DNA from: a virus
Strand: one strand, 5' to 3'
UHGV virus genome: UHGV-2053148
Length of the DNA: 35,104 nucleotides
The translations under genes were made by a program, and so were the position numbers. Under the pieces are notes generated by a model. That model searched no databases, was not told the origin of the DNA, and saw nothing but the letters and a program-made list of their open reading frames with translations. The number at the start of each line of letters is the position of its first letter. Position 1 is the stretch's first letter. Below, piece after piece: positions 33,175 through 35,104 of this stretch.

Positions 33175-33699
33175 ATGGCACGTAAACCAACATCTTTAAT
33201 ACCGAGGACTCACCGGGAACTATGTGAGATCGCTGAACGCTGGCTCATGGGCTCCCAACGTTGCCGGGTGGCGATTGCTGAACCGAACTGCATCGTTACG
33301 GACGAGCAGCCCGACGCCATAGGGTTCAGCGGGGAAAAAAGTGTTCTTGTGGAGGCCAAAACCAGCCTGAACGACTTCCGGGCAGACCTCAAAAAGCCGT
33401 TCCGCGTTTATCCACAGAAGGGGATGGGGCAGGCACGCTATTACATCTGCGAGCCAGGGATCATCATGGAAAATGACCTGCCGGAACGGTGGGGCTTGTT
33501 GCATGTCCTACCTGGCGGACGGGTTCGGATAGTTCGGTACAGTGGACACTTCCCCGAATCAAATTACGCCGCTGAAAGGAGGCTTTTGACCGCGTGTTTG
33601 TACATCCAGAAGCCGCTAAAAATCAATACTGTCCAAGGCAGGAAAATACAGCTTTCGCTTGCATTTGGAGCAGGAGCAAAAGAGAAAGAAGGGATATAG
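33175..33699 (+). CDS. PD-(D/E)xK superfamily nuclease (Hjc/VRR-NUC-like core)
   Basis: ELCEIAERWL ... PDAIGF ... VLVEAKTS has the E / PD / ExK arrangement. Starts 2 nt after the methyltransferase stop. Confidence 0.5.
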   Translation: MARKPTSLIPRTHRELCEIAERWLMGSQRCRVAIAEPNCIVTDEQPDAIGFSGEKSVLVEAKTSLNDFRADLKKPFRVYPQKGMGQARYYICEPGIIMENDLPERWGLLHVLPGGRVRIVRYSGHFPESNYAAERRLLTACLYIQKPLKINTVQGRKIQLSLAFGAGAKEKEGI

Positions 33700-33704
33700 T
33701 ATAT

Positions 33705-34460
33705 ATGGCCGGAGACTGGATCAAAGTGGAAAAAGAACTGAACGATAAGCCGGAAGTGCGCCGCATGGCCCGCGCTCTTCATTTATCCAGGTTTGACATT
33801 GTAGGACGTCTTGTTTCCGTATGGTCCTGGGCGGACACTCATTCTTTCACAGGTTCCGGGATGGACATCTCGGAAGAAGACATTGACGACATTGCGGACC
33901 TGAACGGGTTCGCCGATGCGCTTCGCCAGGTGGGCTGGCTCAAGGGACGCGCTGCCTCCCTTGAGTTCCCCAACTTTGGACGGCACAACGGCCAATCCGC
34001 GAAACGCCGCGCAATGGAAGCAGAAAGAAAACGCCTGGAAAGAATGGGTTACGACGATAATGCGGACAAACGTCCGCACAGGAAGCGGACAACATGCGGA
34101 CAACATGCGGACCAGAGAAGAGAAGAGAAGAAAGAAAACATTGTCCCTCTAACGAGGGCCAATGAAAAAGAAAAACGCGCCATTCCGTTGCCGGAGACGT
34201 CCGAAGAGGTGGAGGCTTTCCTGACAGCAGAGGCCTTCAAAGGGGCTCTTCCTCTTCAACATTCCGATGTTAAACAAATTGCTTTGCTTTTCTTCAACGA
34301 CCGGGAAGCTTCCGGATGGGTAGACAGGCAGGGGGTGCCGGTAGCCAATTGGCGGGCCGCTGTGAGGGCGTTCGCTTTGCGATACCTCGACAACATCCGG
34401 AAAAGAAACACTCCGGAACCACAACAAACTACTCAACAATCAAAAACTTATGGCTATTAA
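33705..34460 (+). CDS. Replication initiation / replisome organizer protein (phage O/DnaD-like N-terminus), carrying internal iterons
   Basis: MAGDWIKVEKELNDKPEVRRMARALHLSRFDIVGRLVSVWSWADTHS. The internal ATG was chosen because the ORF-track N-terminus overlaps the nuclease gene. Confidence 0.55.
   Translation: MAGDWIKVEKELNDKPEVRRMARALHLSRFDIVGRLVSVWSWADTHSFTGSGMDISEEDIDDIADLNGFADALRQVGWLKGRAASLEFPNFGRHNGQSAKRRAMEAERKRLERMGYDDNADKRPHRKRTTCGQHADQRREEKKENIVPLTRANEKEKRAIPLPETSEEVEAFLTAEAFKGALPLQHSDVKQIALLFFNDREASGWVDRQGVPVANWRAAVRAFALRYLDNIRKRNTPEPQQTTQQSKTYGY
34061..34140. repeat. Candidate origin of replication: GCGGACAA(C) iterons (four copies, two in perfect tandem, one palindromic pair) followed by a 26-nt pure-purine (AGAAG)n tract
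   Basis: TGCGGACAAAC-GTCCGCA palindrome, then GCGGACAACAT GCGGACAACAT GCGGACC, then AGAGAAGAGAAGAGAAGAAAGAAAAC. Lies inside the replication gene. Confidence 0.45.
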
Positions 34461-34461
34461 C

Positions 34462-35104
34462 ATGAACAATGTACATTCCGCCGCCGCCATGTGCGACGAC
34501 CAGGAAATAGCCGGGATCCTGAACCGCCTGGAAGCCTTGGTAACGGACGACCCGGAAACGGAGGAACGCGCCGCCCTGGAGGCAGCCATGAGGGAAGAGC
34601 TGCGGCGCCGGGAGGACGAGTTCTGCCTCCTGTCATCTTCCGGATTCCCGCGCCGGGCCCTTCATGCCCTGGATACGTTGCCGGACGGCGAAACGCCGTG
34701 GAAAGCCGCCAGGCGTCGCGTAAGCGCACTGGTGAAAACGCCCGGCGCGATTGTAGCGCTGCATGGCCCATGCGGCACAGGGAAAACCGTCATGGCTTCA
34801 TCCATTGCCCGTGGGCTGACGAGCCTTGGCAGGTCTTGCCGGTACAGCAAGGCTTATGATTTTTGCCTTGCCCTGCGTCAGGACGAAAAAGCTCGCGAAA
34901 AGGGTGTGATGTCCCGTTTCAAGCGGCCCTACTTTCTGGTTCTTGACGAATTCCACGAGCTGAAGCGTTCAGACTTCGCGGCCTACTCAATCGATAGGCT
35001 GGTAGATGCCCGCTTCCAGGCAGGGAAACCCACTTGCATCATTTCCAACCTCCGGGCGGAAGAGGTTGAACCTGCGTTGGGCCCCGCTATTGTCAGCCGG
35101 ATGC
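34462..35104 (+). CDS. DnaC/IstB-like AAA+ helicase loader (3'-truncated by the window end)
   Basis: Walker A LHGPCGTGKT, Walker B FLVLDEFHE. Open to the last base of the window. Start is 1 nt after the replication-gene stop. Confidence 0.8.
   Translation, partial: MNNVHSAAAMCDDQEIAGILNRLEALVTDDPETEERAALEAAMREELRRREDEFCLLSSSGFPRRALHALDTLPDGETPWKAARRRVSALVKTPGAIVALHGPCGTGKTVMASSIARGLTSLGRSCRYSKAYDFCLALRQDEKAREKGVMSRFKRPYFLVLDEFHELKRSDFAAYSIDRLVDARFQAGKPTCIISNLRAEEVEPALGPAIVSRM

Overview
This 35.1 kb window looks like one temperate tailed-phage genome laid out in vegetative (virion) order, not a host-flanked prophage. About 58-60% GC, with lower-GC mosaic patches.

Gene layout, left to right:
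- Packaging and head: small and large terminase, a tRNA-like gene, then a Mu-like head module (DUF935-type portal, I-type protease/scaffold fusion, major capsid protein) and a run of translationally coupled connector/neck genes.
- Tail and lysis: a putative tail tube gene, a strong intrinsic terminator, a collagen-repeat tail fiber, a lysis cassette (membrane proteins plus an Amidase_3 endolysin) lying inside the tail region, a tail protein with tandem Ig/BACON-like domains, a chaperone-like ORF, a tape-measure-like protein, a low-GC membrane-protein moron, a large distal tail protein and a GT-A-like glycosyltransferase.
- Integration and switch: a tyrosine integrase on the minus strand, a ~600 bp AT-rich repeat-rich non-coding region (candidate attP) containing a C19 homopolymer, and a CI-like/Cro-like divergent switch with repeated operators.
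- Early operon on the plus strand: antirepressor, several small morons, RecT, YqaJ-type exonuclease, RuvC-like resolvase, Dam-family methyltransferase next to a PD-(D/E)xK nuclease, a replisome-organizer protein with internal iterons, and a DnaC-like loader running off the window end.

Most interesting observation: terminase small subunit, terminase large subunit and the endolysin have strongly conserved N-termini that lie upstream of any in-frame ATG/GTG/TTG. The portal, tail tube, fiber and distal tail protein possibly do too. In every case there is an in-frame AGG, always preceded by C (CAGG), exactly where a start codon is expected. For the endolysin it sits 7 nt after a perfect AAGGAG Shine-Dalgarno, and four of the sites share an upstream AACCATT motif.

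Between terL and the portal, behind a TTGACA-17-TATATG promoter, sits a 74-nt tRNA-like gene with anticodon CCU (reads AGG). It carries the diagnostic hallmarks of bacterial initiator tRNA-fMet: a C1xA72 mismatch, G2:C71 and C3:G70, and three G:C pairs at the base of the anticodon stem. Its acceptor stem is almost identical to E. coli tRNA-fMet. I propose that the phage encodes an anticodon-switched initiator tRNA that licenses AGG (CAGG) start codons on its late genes. That would be an undescribed phage translation-initiation or late-gene licensing system. It needs a tRNA-fold search and N-terminal proteomics to test.
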